Positions 1 to 9,756 of a DNA stretch of 51,654 bases are shown here, piece by piece. A program made the translations under genes and the position numbers. Source of the DNA: Planctomycetota bacterium (lineage in GTDB: Bacteria; Planctomycetota; Planctomycetia; Pirellulales; UBA1268). How positions within the stretch are numbered: the first letter of the stretch is position 1; every line of letters starts with the position of its first letter. Location: contig JBJOKF010000178.1 of assembly GCA_046046235.1 (NCBI GenBank), forward strand, positions 1-51,654, given 5' to 3'. Below the pieces are notes generated by a model that did not search any database, was not told the DNA's origin, and saw nothing but the letters and a program-made list of their open reading frames with translations.

Positions 1-1
1 G

Positions 2-2959
2 GAGATTGCGGCAATAACCGAAGATGTGGGCCGGCGTGGTGACCAGATCGCCCAGCTGGTTGATCCGTTCAGGCTCCGTTTTGAGATTCAGCTCACCGGC
101 AAAAGGCCTGGGTGCCGGAACCGGCGCCGCTATTTCGACGAAGGTGAGGTCACCATCCATCGTGACCGGGTTCGTATTTTCCCAGAAGTACTTGCCGCCA
201 TTCGTGGTGCCGGAGAGTACCGGCATGCTTGCATTCCACAGCTCCGCATCGGTCAGGGCATCCTTCGCACGGGACCACGTGCCTGCGGAGGCGACGTAGA
301 TGCCGTTGTATTGTTCGAAGTTCTGGTTTTTCACCAGCACGCGATCGCCCTCGGCCAGTGTCACGCCGTCGATGGTTTGGAGACCGGCAAAGGTCTGGGG
401 GAAATACGGGTAATTGGCGTTCGGCAGCATCGCCGTGGTGGCAACTTTCACCGGCATTTTCGGATTCGCCCCGGGAACCGTCGTGTACGCTGGCGGCCAG
501 GGCGGGTTGGACGGTTGCTGTGGGCCGTCGCTCGCCCAGTCGTGGAACGACTGCGTCCACGTCTCCGTGGTGCCGTCGGTGAAGGTCAGCGTGATGTCCT
601 GCGACAGCTGGTCGCCATTGGATGCCGCGCCGGCCAGGTAGAGATAGTCCGACTTGTCGGCGTCGACGTTGACCTGGATCGTCTGGCCCGCGGCCCGGAC
701 GAAGTTCTGCGGGCCCTCCGTCCCACCGACCTGATTGGCGTTCGTGGGCGCGGGGTCGATCGGGAAGGAGATGCCGTTGTAGATGATGGGGGTGCCGGGG
801 ACGGGACTGTTTTGTGTCCCCGCGGTGTCGACGTCGTAGTCGGAGTTGTAGTAGTTGCCGTTCCCGTCGAAGCCCTGGCTGTTGCCCACCTGCCACGGCG
901 GGGTCGTGATCCCGAACGCATTGAAGGAGCTGGAAAGGTCGATCGGGGTCGAGATCGGCGCCGACGGGGATGAGGTCGCTCCGACGGAAGTCGCGGCTGG
1001 CTGCGTCTGATACTCCAGCCGCACGCGCACGCTGTTCAGGCCGTAGGGCACCAGATACTTGTGCGAGAAGCTTCCGTCCGCACCGACCGGGATCCGGGCC
1101 TCTTGAAACCACGGGCCCAGTGAACCGTCTCCGAGGTTCTGGGCTTTTTCCACCACGATCGTGGCCCCGGCGCGGATGCTTGGATCGACAGTGCCGGCGA
1201 ACCGGAGCGTCTCTCCCGCCTGGAAGTGAGCCCGGAGTTGGTCGGGCTGGACCTCGCCGTTTACCGTTCCGGGGAACAGATAACTCGCGTAGATCGGGTT
1301 GGCCTCGAGGTTCGCCCGTTGGCTGGGGGTGAGCCTGCTCGACTCCGAGGAGATGATCATCGGGGTGCCGGCGGGGAGGCCCTGCTCCGCTTCGACGGCG
1401 TCCGCAACGGCGTCCACCTGCAAGTACGCGAGATCCGCATGGCTGCCGCCGAGTGGGAGGCTCGTCGTGAACTGCGTTCCGGTGAGGCTGTTTGCGAGCT
1501 GCGAGCGGGCCTTGGTTCCGAGATCCATGAAGGAGGCAGCGCTTGTGACGGTGTAGTCGAGCTTGTTTCTCGAATCCGCCGTCTTCGCCAAGTCGAAGGA
1601 GCGAGCCTCGCCAGCGCCAGTCTTGGTGGCCCCCCAGATTCTGGCGCGGCTCACCGCTCCACCTTCCACACTCGAGACTCCGTGGACGGCAGACGGCACG
1701 TTGTAGAGCAACGTCTTGCCGTCCTCGCGGGTCACTTCGATCGAGTAGCGGGTGCTCGCGCAGCCGCAGCCGTCGGTCGGATCGCCCCAGGTGATTGTCT
1801 CCCCCAGGACGCCCGGCGTACCTGCGATCCGCGCGTCCACGACCTTGCCGGGCACGTACACCGCCGTCGGGGGTGGGGCAGTGACGCCGCCCGCCTTGTC
1901 CAAGGGGACGATGTCGAACGCCGCTCCGATGCCCCGGGCAGTGCTAGAGGGCGTCCAGCGGACGATGTCGGAGAACGAGATCGTTCGAATCGGAGCGGTG
2001 GTTTGGCTCTGCACGTTGGCCGCGACGGCGGCTCCGGTCGGAATCGTCTTCCACGCGTTCTGGGCCGCCGACCACTTCTGCAGGATGCCCCCGTGCACCT
2101 TGGTCACGATGAATCCCTGGGCCCCTTGTCCCAGGAGGTGCGACGCCATCAGTTCGACGGCCTGTCCGCTCGAGGCGTCGAGCATCACCGTCCGCGTCCC
2201 GTAGACCGTGACGGCGACACTGGTGGCGGCGCTCTGGAGCCCGGCACGATTCTCGGCCGTCGCCGTGACGTCGTGCAGGCCGTTGGCAAGCCGTGGCGCC
2301 TTGAACGACCATGCACCCGTCCTGGCATGGCTCCGCACCTGCCCCGCGAGCACGCCGTCGATCGACACGTTCACGAGCCGGCCGGGCTGCGCCACGCCAC
2401 GGAACGTGGGCTCGCTGACGATTGTCTCGCCATCACCCTTCGCGCCGGTATCCGACGAGCCTGCGAGGCGGATCGTCGGCACGGTCGGCGACACCGTCGC
2501 AATCTTGATGTCCAGCGACGCGGAGAGCTTTCCTGCCCTCCCCGAGGCGTCGAGCGGACGGACGGCGATCCTGTGGGAGCCGGCCGCGAGGGCTTGCTCG
2601 GCGGGCACGGTGTGCGTCCACATGCCGTTGGTGACAGGCAGTTGAGCGACCCGCTGTCCGTCGATGAACAGCCTGACCTGGCTCGCCGCCCCCCGGACAC
2701 TGCCGCTCAGGGTGGGCGTCCGGTCGAAGGTCACGTTGTCGGAGGCCGATGACCCCGTGTCGCTGGCATCGACGAGGTCCGGAAGAAGGGCCCGCATCCC
2801 GGCATCGAGCATCATCCGTGGTTCGAGCTGCTCCGTCCGAAACATCATTCGCGACGCCATCGGTCTGACGCTGCCGCCGGAACGCCGCGTCGGCTGCCCG
2901 CCGGCAAGCCAGTTTCTCACCGCGATCAGGGCGGGGGATTCGAGGGTGATCCGCATCAT
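2..2959 (-). CDS. Large planctomycete extracellular protein (LEPRxLL motif, Ig-like repeats, phage-tail-fibre-like insert); 3'-partial, runs off the window start
   Basis: Absent from the ORF track because no stop lies in the window. Manual translation from ATG 2959 (alternative 2860) gives EQLEPRMMLDA, two Ig-like units (SDTGSSASDNVTFDRTPTLSG; SDTGAKGDGETIVSEPTFRG), GLQTIDGVTLAEGDRVLVKNQ, and ...HIFGYCRNL at the edge. The + ORFs 26..973 and 1226..2752 are its antisense shadows. Confidence 0.88.
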   Translation of the reverse strand, partial: MMRITLESPALIAVRNWLAGGQPTRRSGGSVRPMASRMMFRTEQLEPRMMLDAGMRALLPDLVDASDTGSSASDNVTFDRTPTLSGSVRGAASQVRLFIDGQRVAQLPVTNGMWTHTVPAEQALAAGSHRIAVRPLDASGRAGKLSASLDIKIATVSPTVPTIRLAGSSDTGAKGDGETIVSEPTFRGVAQPGRLVNVSIDGVLAGQVRSHARTGAWSFKAPRLANGLHDVTATAENRAGLQSAATSVAVTVYGTRTVMLDASSGQAVELMASHLLGQGAQGFIVTKVHGGILQKWSAAQNAWKTIPTGAAVAANVQSQTTAPIRTISFSDIVRWTPSSTARGIGAAFDIVPLDKAGGVTAPPPTAVYVPGKVVDARIAGTPGVLGETITWGDPTDGCGCASTRYSIEVTREDGKTLLYNVPSAVHGVSSVEGGAVSRARIWGATKTGAGEARSFDLAKTADSRNKLDYTVTSAASFMDLGTKARSQLANSLTGTQFTTSLPLGGSHADLAYLQVDAVADAVEAEQGLPAGTPMIISSESSRLTPSQRANLEANPIYASYLFPGTVNGEVQPDQLRAHFQAGETLRFAGTVDPSIRAGATIVVEKAQNLGDGSLGPWFQEARIPVGADGSFSHKYLVPYGLNSVRVRLEYQTQPAATSVGATSSPSAPISTPIDLSSSFNAFGITTPPWQVGNSQGFDGNGNYYNSDYDVDTAGTQNSPVPGTPIIYNGISFPIDPAPTNANQVGGTEGPQNFVRAAGQTIQVNVDADKSDYLYLAGAASNGDQLSQDITLTFTDGTTETWTQSFHDWASDGPQQPSNPPWPPAYTTVPGANPKMPVKVATTAMLPNANYPYFPQTFAGLQTIDGVTLAEGDRVLVKNQNFEQYNGIYVASAGTWSRAKDALTDAELWNASMPVLSGTTNGGKYFWENTNPVTMDGDLTFVEIAAPVPAPRPFAGELNLKTEPERINQLGDLVTTPAHIFGYCRNL

Positions 2960-3150
2960 GGAAGCAAGGCCTTGGGGAGAAGGGCGAGGCGCGAAAAGGC
3001 GTCGATCGCACGACGCGGAACGGATCCTACAGGGATTGCCCCAGAGGCTAGCCTTGAAAGGCGGTTGCCGCAATCTTCCGGTTGACCTACCCCCACGAAC
3101 ACTGATGGAGTGATTGTTCCCTTCTCTCCGGAAGCCCTGCGGAAGCACCA

Positions 3151-3606
3151 ATGACGATCAGACACCGGACCGTAGGTGTGGGCGGCTTCATGATTCTCGC
3201 GGCAGCCGGGCAGGCGGCCGCCGCGGTCGAGCGCGTGCTCGTGATCGACCAGGAAGGGCAGACACGGCCCGCGTTCGTGCAGGTCATGGAAAGCTTCCGC
3301 TCGGGGCAGGCCGAGGAACAGAAGCGGCACGACGTGTTCATCGAATATCTCGACCTCGTCCGCCTCGATCGGGCTCCCGACGACCCCGACCGTGCCGAGG
3401 GGTGGCTCGTCGAAAAGTGTCGCGATCGGTCGTTCGACGTGATCGTTCCCACAAGCGCGGTGACCCGCGGCTTCGTGCTCGCCAACCGCGACCAGCTCTC
3501 GCCCGCCGCGCGGATCGTGGCGCTCGAGCGGCCCGGTGAAAGGGTGTGCCTGACCGAGACGAGCTTGCGAGCCGAGGGAAAGGCACACACCGGCGACGCG
3601 AGTTGA
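3151..3606 (+). pseudogene. Truncated N-terminal extracytoplasmic domain of a probable sensor histidine kinase, interrupted by an IS remnant
   Basis: Signal-peptide-like N-terminus, RVLVI, FIEYLDLVRL and EKCRDRSFDVIV resemble the substrate-binding-like sensor domain of kinases. Resemblance stops near 3540, where IS-like sequence begins. Confidence 0.55.
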
Positions 3607-3957
3607 AGAGGTGGGCCATCGAGGCTTTTTTGGAAGTGCTTACTCCACCAAGAAGGATCCCGCGACGACCCACCAAGAGGAATCTTCTGCGATCCGCGAT
3701 CTCGCGGACCTGGCGATGGAGCATGGCCCTGATGCGATGGCCGCCGCCTTGGCGACTCTCATGAACCACGCGATGCAGATCGAGCGAGAGCAGCCGCTCA
3801 AGGCCGAGTCTCGTGGTGTGCTGACCGTCAACGCTATGCCAACGCCTTCAAGCCGAAGACGCTCAACACCCGGGTCGGACAGGTCGGCTTGCGGATCACG
3901 CAGACTCGGGGCTGCCGCGACGAGAGCGGCAAGCCCCTCTATCCGAAGGCGCTGGAC
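3542..3957 (+). mobile_element. IS256-family element remnant (left end plus frameshifted N-terminal transposase fragment)
   Basis: LATLMNHAMQIEREQPLKAE, then in another frame YANAFKPKTLNTRVGQVGLRITQTR...PLYPKAL, matching the IS256 pattern (NG...R.L.T..G...L..P..R). The likely start at 3665 reads ACG behind AAGGA. The left end GGGTGTGCC is approximate. Confidence 0.8.
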
Positions 3958-4605
3958 CCGTCCGAGGTCGGGACCCTTCCGTGGGGTGCCATCAACTGGG
4001 AGAAAGGCCGGCTGACTGTGCTGGCGACGAAGACCGAGCACCATGGTGGCGACCACGCCGTGCGCATCGTGCCGATATGCCCCGAGCTTCGGGCGATCCT
4101 CGCGGACGCCTTTGAGCAGGCGGAGTCCGGGGCGACGCTCGTCGTGCCGTCGGCTGCCCGTGCGAGCGTCAATCTCCGGACGCACTTGGAGCGAATCATC
4201 ACGAAGGCTGGGCACAAACCGTGGCCGCGTCTCCTGCAGAACCTTCAGGCGTCGTGCGAGACGGGCTGGATGGAGAAGTACCCGGCCCACGTCGTCGCCA
4301 AATGGCTCGGACACTCACCGAAAGTCACGGCCCAGCACTACCTGATGTCCCGCGAGCACCACTTCGAGCACGTTGTGAACGGCGGCACTGGTGGCGGTGA
4401 ATCGACGGGCAGGGGAGCAGGGCAGGGGGCCGGGGGTGGAACAGTCTGCTGTGCGGATTGCAGTGCACCAAGTGTGCAAACTGCAGTGCAGCACGCATCC
4501 GCACAGGACGGCACGAGGCCGCAAGAAACGACAAAACCCGCTGCCACCGTTGAGGTTGCAGCGGGTGCTGCGGGCGAATGCCCGCCTGGAGGCCGCGGCC
4601 TATAA
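3958..4605 (+). pseudogene. Tyrosine recombinase/integrase C-terminal fragment
   Basis: PSEV..LPW..INW, KT, VRIVPI.PEL, LQNLQAS (HxxR-box Arg replaced by Gln), WLGHS...TAQHY (catalytic Tyr). The N-terminus and box I Arg are missing. Points toward the tRNA 3' end. Confidence 0.85.
4450..4490 (+). repeat. Direct repeat TGTGC-N4-TGCAGTGCA x2 (23-bp period), candidate integrase arm-type sites
   Basis: tgtgcggattgcagtgca (4450-4467) and tgtgcaaactgcagtgca (4473-4490), between the integrase core and the tRNA. Confidence 0.5.
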
Positions 4606-4643
4606 AAGAAAAAGCCCGCCCGGGCCAGGATGGCCGGGCGGGC
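4604..4643 (-). terminator. Intrinsic terminator of the tRNA gene
   Basis: Stem GCCCGCCCGG/CCGGGCGGGC (4614-4643) followed on the minus strand by TTTTTCTTTT, a few bases past the tRNA 3' end. Confidence 0.85.
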
Positions 4644-4649
4644 GTGAAA

Positions 4650-4723
<74 letters not shown>

Positions 4724-4891
4724 ACGTTGTATTGATTTTTCTGCGGTGAACTCCGCGAAGCCCTGCCACCGATGATCCAGACAGGATTTCAAAGGTGACT
4801 GTTTACTTCAGGTTTCGGAATAATACCCGATCGGCACCAGGAAATGAAGCCCGGGCCCGGATGGAGCGGCTGTGCCGGCCACGTTCACCCC

Positions 4892-6604
4892 ATGAATCAA
4901 GACGATTCGAGCCCGGCTTCGCCCCGTTGGCCGGCCTCAGCACCGACGCCCAAGGGGCCCAGGCCGCTCGTCGGCGGCCTGCCGTGGGCCGATGGCGACG
5001 GCTCGACAGGTGCGTCGGGATCCGCACCCGCCCTCGGCGGCAGCCTGCTCGGCGGTCGGCTCCCCACGCCCGGCGGGCGCCGGGGCGGGGCGACGAGCCC
5101 CCGGGCTGAGCGGGCGCGATCGCCGGTGTCGCTCTCCGAGGCCGCGGCCGATGTCGCGGCCGACGCGATCCGCGGCCTCCGTGATCAACTCGCCGCGGCC
5201 CTGCGGGAGATGCCCGCCTGGTCGATCAGCCTGGCAGCCCACTGCCTGCTCCTGCTCCTCCTGGCGCTGTGGGTGATCCGCGAGCGGCCGGCCAAGAAGC
5301 TCGCTTTGTCGCTCGCTTTCGGCACCGCGGCGGCGGACGCCCGCGAGACGGGCGTCGACATCGGCCCGCCGCGCGAGGTCGTGGTGCTCCCCGAAGAGAA
5401 TCGCACCGAGATCGCCAACAGCACCAAGCCGCCCGCCCAAGATCCAAACGCCGCGCCGCCACCGGTCCCGGAAGCACCGACCGACTCGCCGGCCGCGGCC
5501 GAGCCGCGCGCGGCGCCCGCGGTCGGCATGCTGCTCTCGGGCCGTGAAGCCGGCAGCAAGCGGGTGCTCCTGGGCGCCGCCGGCGGCAACGACGCCTCGG
5601 AGGCGGCTGTCGCCGCCGCCTTGGACTGGCTCAAGCGACAACAGGGACAGAAGGACGGCCTGTGGAGCCTGGGCGGCCCGTATTCCGACGGCTGCCCGGA
5701 TGGCATCGAAAACCAGCTGGCGGCAACGGCAATGGCGCTGCTCGCCTTCCAGGGGGCGGGACACACGACGACGGAGGGAGAGCACCAGGCGGTCGTCGCA
5801 CGAGGGTGGCGGAGGCTCCTCAAGGCGCAGGAGGCTGACGGATCGTTCTATCTCGGCACCTTGCCCTACCTGCACGCGCTCTACTCACACGCGCAGGCCA
5901 CGATCGCTCTCTGCGAACTCTACGGCATGACCGGGGACCACCGGTATCGCGAGCCGGCCGAACGGGCGGTGGCCTACTGCGTTAGGGCGCAGGGGGCGGA
6001 AGGAGGCTGGAAGTACGTGCCGGGGCAGGATGGCGACATGTCGGTGACCGGCTGGTACATGATGGCCCTCAAGAGCGCCGAGATGGCGGGCATCTCCGTG
6101 CCGCCGGAGGTCTTCCAGCGGCTCGAAGCGTTCGTCGACTCCGTCGCGGTCGACAACGGCGTCCGCTATGGCTACATGCGCCCGGTTCCTACGAAGCCGG
6201 TGGGTGGGGTGACGGAGGCTGTGACGGCGGAGGGGCTGCTCTGCCGGCAGTATCTGGGCTGGACGCGGAACGAACCGCGGCTGGTCGAGGGGGTGAAACG
6301 GTTGCTCTCGGAGACGAAAGTCGACTTCCAGGATCATAAGAATGTCTACGCCTGGTACTACATCACGCAGGTCGCCCACAACATGGAAGGCGATCTCTGG
6401 AGCCGCTGGAACGCGCGGCTGTTGGAAACGCTGCCGGCGGCCCAGGTGAAGACGGGGCGGGAGCGGGGCAGTTGGGATCCCTCGCTGGACCGCTGGGGGC
6501 ATGTCGGTGGCCGGCTCTTCGTGACCTGCTTTTGCACGTACATGCTCGAGGTCTACTACCGGCACCTGCCGCTCTACGGCGCTCAGACGCCGCCTCCCCA
6601 CTGA
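4892..6604 (+). CDS. Membrane-anchored prenyltransferase/squalene-oxidase-repeat (alpha/alpha-barrel) protein
   Basis: Disordered N-terminus, TM helix (WSISLAAHCLLLLLLALW), Pro-rich linker, QW-like repeats (QQGQKDGLW, QEADGSF, QGAEGGW, GSWD), C-terminal LEVYYRHLPLY. Start could be 4844. Confidence 0.85.
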   Translation: MNQDDSSPASPRWPASAPTPKGPRPLVGGLPWADGDGSTGASGSAPALGGSLLGGRLPTPGGRRGGATSPRAERARSPVSLSEAAADVAADAIRGLRDQLAAALREMPAWSISLAAHCLLLLLLALWVIRERPAKKLALSLAFGTAAADARETGVDIGPPREVVVLPEENRTEIANSTKPPAQDPNAAPPPVPEAPTDSPAAAEPRAAPAVGMLLSGREAGSKRVLLGAAGGNDASEAAVAAALDWLKRQQGQKDGLWSLGGPYSDGCPDGIENQLAATAMALLAFQGAGHTTTEGEHQAVVARGWRRLLKAQEADGSFYLGTLPYLHALYSHAQATIALCELYGMTGDHRYREPAERAVAYCVRAQGAEGGWKYVPGQDGDMSVTGWYMMALKSAEMAGISVPPEVFQRLEAFVDSVAVDNGVRYGYMRPVPTKPVGGVTEAVTAEGLLCRQYLGWTRNEPRLVEGVKRLLSETKVDFQDHKNVYAWYYITQVAHNMEGDLWSRWNARLLETLPAAQVKTGRERGSWDPSLDRWGHVGGRLFVTCFCTYMLEVYYRHLPLYGAQTPPPH

Positions 6605-7062
6605 CGCACCGCCTCGTAGGCCACGATCGCGGCGCAGTTGGAGAGATTGAGGCTGCGAACCTGGGGCCGCGAGGGAATCGTGAGCAGCTGGTCGGCGTGG
6701 CGGTCGAGCAGATCGCGCGGCAGGCCCCGCGACTCGCTGCCGAAGACGAGGACGTCGCCGCGGCGGTAGCTCACCTCCGCGTAGGGCCGCGTGGCCCGCG
6801 CGGAGAAGAGCCAGTTGGGCGCCCGGCCGATCGCGGCGAGCGCCGCCAGAAGGTGGTCCCACGAATCCACCGCCTCCCATTCGAGGTGGTCCCAGTAGTC
6901 GAGGCCGGCGCGCCTCAGATAGTAGTCGTCGAGCTTGAAGCCCAGCGGCCGCACGAGCCACATCTTCGCGCCGATGGCGACGCAGGTGCGGCCCACGTTG
7001 CCCGCGTTGGGCGGAATCTCGGGCTCGTGGAGGACGATATGGAGGCAGGGGTCGTAACGCAT
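6583..7062 (-). CDS. trmL: tRNA (cytidine/uridine(34)-2'-O)-methyltransferase
   Basis: [42 protein letters not shown] motifs. Convergent 22-bp overlap with the previous gene. Confidence 0.95.
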   Translation of the reverse strand: MRYDPCLHIVLHEPEIPPNAGNVGRTCVAIGAKMWLVRPLGFKLDDYYLRRAGLDYWDHLEWEAVDSWDHLLAALAAIGRAPNWLFSARATRPYAEVSYRRGDVLVFGSESRGLPRDLLDRHADQLLTIPSRPQVRSLNLSNCAAIVAYEAVRQWGGGV

Positions 7063-7154
7063 TGGTGGGGGGTGTCGGATTCGCCGGTCGACGGGCATCT
7101 GCTATCGTTGGAAGGTCGGGTGAGCCGACGGAAAGTGTCTCCGGAGCGAGAGCC

Positions 7155-8294
7155 GTGGTCGAGTTGAAGCGAAATCCAACGCGGGCGGTGCGGATCGGGA
7201 GCGTCACCATCGGCGGCGGGCACCCGATCGTGGTGCAGAGCATGACCGCCACCCACACCCAGGACGTCGCCGCCACGGTCGAGCAGGCCAACGCCCTCCA
7301 CCAGGCCGGGGCGGGGGTCGTGAGGATCGCCGTCGACAGCCGCTCCGACGCGGCCGCCCTGCCGGCCATCCGGGCCGGCACGCCCGCCAATCTCGCCATC
7401 GACCTGCAGGAGAACTACCGGCTGGCCGCCGACGTGGCGCCCCACGTCGACAAGCTCCGCTACAACCCCGGCCATCTCTACCACCACGAGCCGACCAAGC
7501 CCTGGCAGGACAAGGTGCGGTTCATCGCCGACGTGGCGGCCCGCCACGACTGCGGCCTGCGGGTGGGCGTCAACTGCGGCAGCGTCGATCCCGCCAAGAA
7601 GGAGCAGTTCGAGCCGGACGATTCGCTCGGGCCGATGCTCGCCAGCGCCCTCGAGCACTGCGCGCTGCTCGACTCGATCGGCTTCACGCGCTACGCCGTC
7701 TCGCTCAAGGACTCCGATCCGCAGAAGGTGATCGAGGTCAACCGCCGGTTCGCGGAGGCCCGGCCCGACGTGCCGCTGCATCTCGGCGTCACCGAGGCCG
7801 GCATGCCTCCCGACGGCATCATCAAGACCCGGATCGCCTTCGAACAGCTCATCAGCCGCGGCATCGGCGACACCGTCCGCGTCTCGCTCACCGTGCCCAA
7901 CGCCCGCAAGCCGGAGGAGGTCGACGCTGCCCGGGCGATCCTCGCCGACATCGCCGCCGGTCGGGTGCGGAGCGTCGTCGACTACGGCCTCTCGTCGCTC
8001 AACATCATCAGCTGCCCGAGCTGCTCGCGGGTCGAAAACGAAGCCTTCATCGAGCTGGCCCAGCAGGTGAAGGAGATGACGGCCTACGCCAGGGATCATG
8101 CGATCACGATCGCCGTGATGGGCTGCCGCGTGAACGGCCCCGGCGAGACCGACGACGCCGACCTCGGCCTCTGGTGCGGCCCGACCCACGTGAATCTCAA
8201 GCGCCGTTCGACGGAGCTGGGCGCCTTCCCCTACGACGCCATCCTGCCGAAGCTCCGGGACGAGCTCGACAAGCTGATCGCCTCGAAGAGCTGA
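7155..8294 (+). CDS. ispG: (E)-4-hydroxy-3-methylbut-2-enyl-diphosphate synthase
   Basis: [52 protein letters not shown] start inferred. Confidence 0.96.
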   Translation: MVELKRNPTRAVRIGSVTIGGGHPIVVQSMTATHTQDVAATVEQANALHQAGAGVVRIAVDSRSDAAALPAIRAGTPANLAIDLQENYRLAADVAPHVDKLRYNPGHLYHHEPTKPWQDKVRFIADVAARHDCGLRVGVNCGSVDPAKKEQFEPDDSLGPMLASALEHCALLDSIGFTRYAVSLKDSDPQKVIEVNRRFAEARPDVPLHLGVTEAGMPPDGIIKTRIAFEQLISRGIGDTVRVSLTVPNARKPEEVDAARAILADIAAGRVRSVVDYGLSSLNIISCPSCSRVENEAFIELAQQVKEMTAYARDHAITIAVMGCRVNGPGETDDADLGLWCGPTHVNLKRRSTELGAFPYDAILPKLRDELDKLIASKS

Positions 8295-8295
8295 C

Positions 8296-9756
8296 ATGCC
8301 ACACCCAGCCTCGCTGCCGATCGTCACCGACGCCCCCGCGGAGTCCGCCTGCGGGGCGGGCGCCGCGGTGCTGCCGGCGTCGCAGTCGGTCGATCGGGCG
8401 ACCTGCCGCGGCACCTTCTCGATGGTCAGCCTCGGCTGCCCGAAGAACCTCGTCGACAGCGAGCGGATGCTGGGGCTCTTGCGACAGGACGGCTGGCAGC
8501 TGGTCGGCGAGCCGCGCGGATCGGACATCGTGGTCGTCAACACCTGCGCCTTCATCGACGCCTCCCGGCAGGAGTCGTATGCGGCGATCCAGGAGATGCT
8601 CGACCTCAAGCGATCCGGCGGCACGCGAGGCGTGATCGTGGCCGGCTGCCTCGCGGAGCGCCAGAAGGAAAAGCTGCTCGACGAGCTGCCGGGAGTGGAC
8701 GCCGTCATCGGCGTCTTCTCGCGGGACGAAGTCGGCCGCGCGGCCGAGCGGCTCATCGGCGGCCTTGGCGACCAGCGGAGCATCTTCCGCCCCGCGCCGG
8801 CCCGGGCGCTCGACGACTCGGGCCGCATGCGGGTCACGCCGCGGCACATGGCCTACCTCAAGATCTCCGAGGGCTGCGACCGTACCTGCACGTTCTGCGC
8901 GATCCCGAAGATGCGGGGCAAGCACGCCACCAAGCCGATCGAGGAGGTCGTCCGTGAGGCCAAAGAGCTGGCGGCCGACGGCGTGAAGGAGCTCGTGGTC
9001 GTCGCCCAAGACACCACCTACTACGGCATGGATCTCTACGGCGAGCCGCGGCTCGTCGAGCTGCTCAAGGCGCTCGAGGGCATTTCCGGCCTCGAGTGGA
9101 TCCGGCTGATGTATCTCTATCCGATCCATTTCACCGATCGTTTGATCGACGCGATCGCCTCGAGCCGCCGCATCGTGCCCTATCTCGACATGCCGCTGCA
9201 GCACGCGAGCGACCCGGTCCTCAAGCGGATGCAGCGGCGGGTCAACCGCGCCGCCACGGAGGAGCTGCTCGGCAAGCTCCGCGACCGGATTCCCGACCTC
9301 GTGCTCCGCACGACCTTCATCACGGGCTTTCCGGGTGAGACCCGCGAGCAGTTCGACGAGCTGGTCGACTTCACGCGCCGCTGGCGGTTCGAGCGGGTCG
9401 GCGTGTTCACCTATTCGCTCGAGCCCGACACCCCGGCGGCCCGCCTCGACGGCCACCTGCCGGAGGAGGAAAAGCTGGCCCGCCGCGACGCGCTGATGCA
9501 GGTGCAGCAGCCAATCGCCCACGGCCACGCCAAGCGGCAGATCGGCCGCACGCTCAACGTGATCGTCGACCGCCAGAGCGAGGAGCGGGAGGATGTCTGG
9601 ATCGGCCGCACGAAGGCCGACGCGCCCGACATCGACTGCGTGGTCTACATCACGGCGCCCGGCAGCTCGGCCGCGCGGCCGCTGACCGGCCGGATTCTGC
9701 CGGTGGAGATCGTGGCCTCGAGCGGCTACGACCTCGCGGGCGTGGTGGCCGAATGA
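8296..9756 (+). CDS. rimO: Ribosomal protein S12 methylthiotransferase
   Basis: SLGCPKNLVDSE, NTCAFI, radical SAM CDRTCTFC, TRAM domain with DAPDID. Confidence 0.96.
   Translation: MPHPASLPIVTDAPAESACGAGAAVLPASQSVDRATCRGTFSMVSLGCPKNLVDSERMLGLLRQDGWQLVGEPRGSDIVVVNTCAFIDASRQESYAAIQEMLDLKRSGGTRGVIVAGCLAERQKEKLLDELPGVDAVIGVFSRDEVGRAAERLIGGLGDQRSIFRPAPARALDDSGRMRVTPRHMAYLKISEGCDRTCTFCAIPKMRGKHATKPIEEVVREAKELAADGVKELVVVAQDTTYYGMDLYGEPRLVELLKALEGISGLEWIRLMYLYPIHFTDRLIDAIASSRRIVPYLDMPLQHASDPVLKRMQRRVNRAATEELLGKLRDRIPDLVLRTTFITGFPGETREQFDELVDFTRRWRFERVGVFTYSLEPDTPAARLDGHLPEEEKLARRDALMQVQQPIAHGHAKRQIGRTLNVIVDRQSEEREDVWIGRTKADAPDIDCVVYITAPGSSAARPLTGRILPVEIVASSGYDLAGVVAE

Noticed and set aside
3889-4605. 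Functional transposase-integrase fusion protein
   Set aside because: Lacks the DDE core, box I Arg and HxxR Arg; best explained as a deletion scar.
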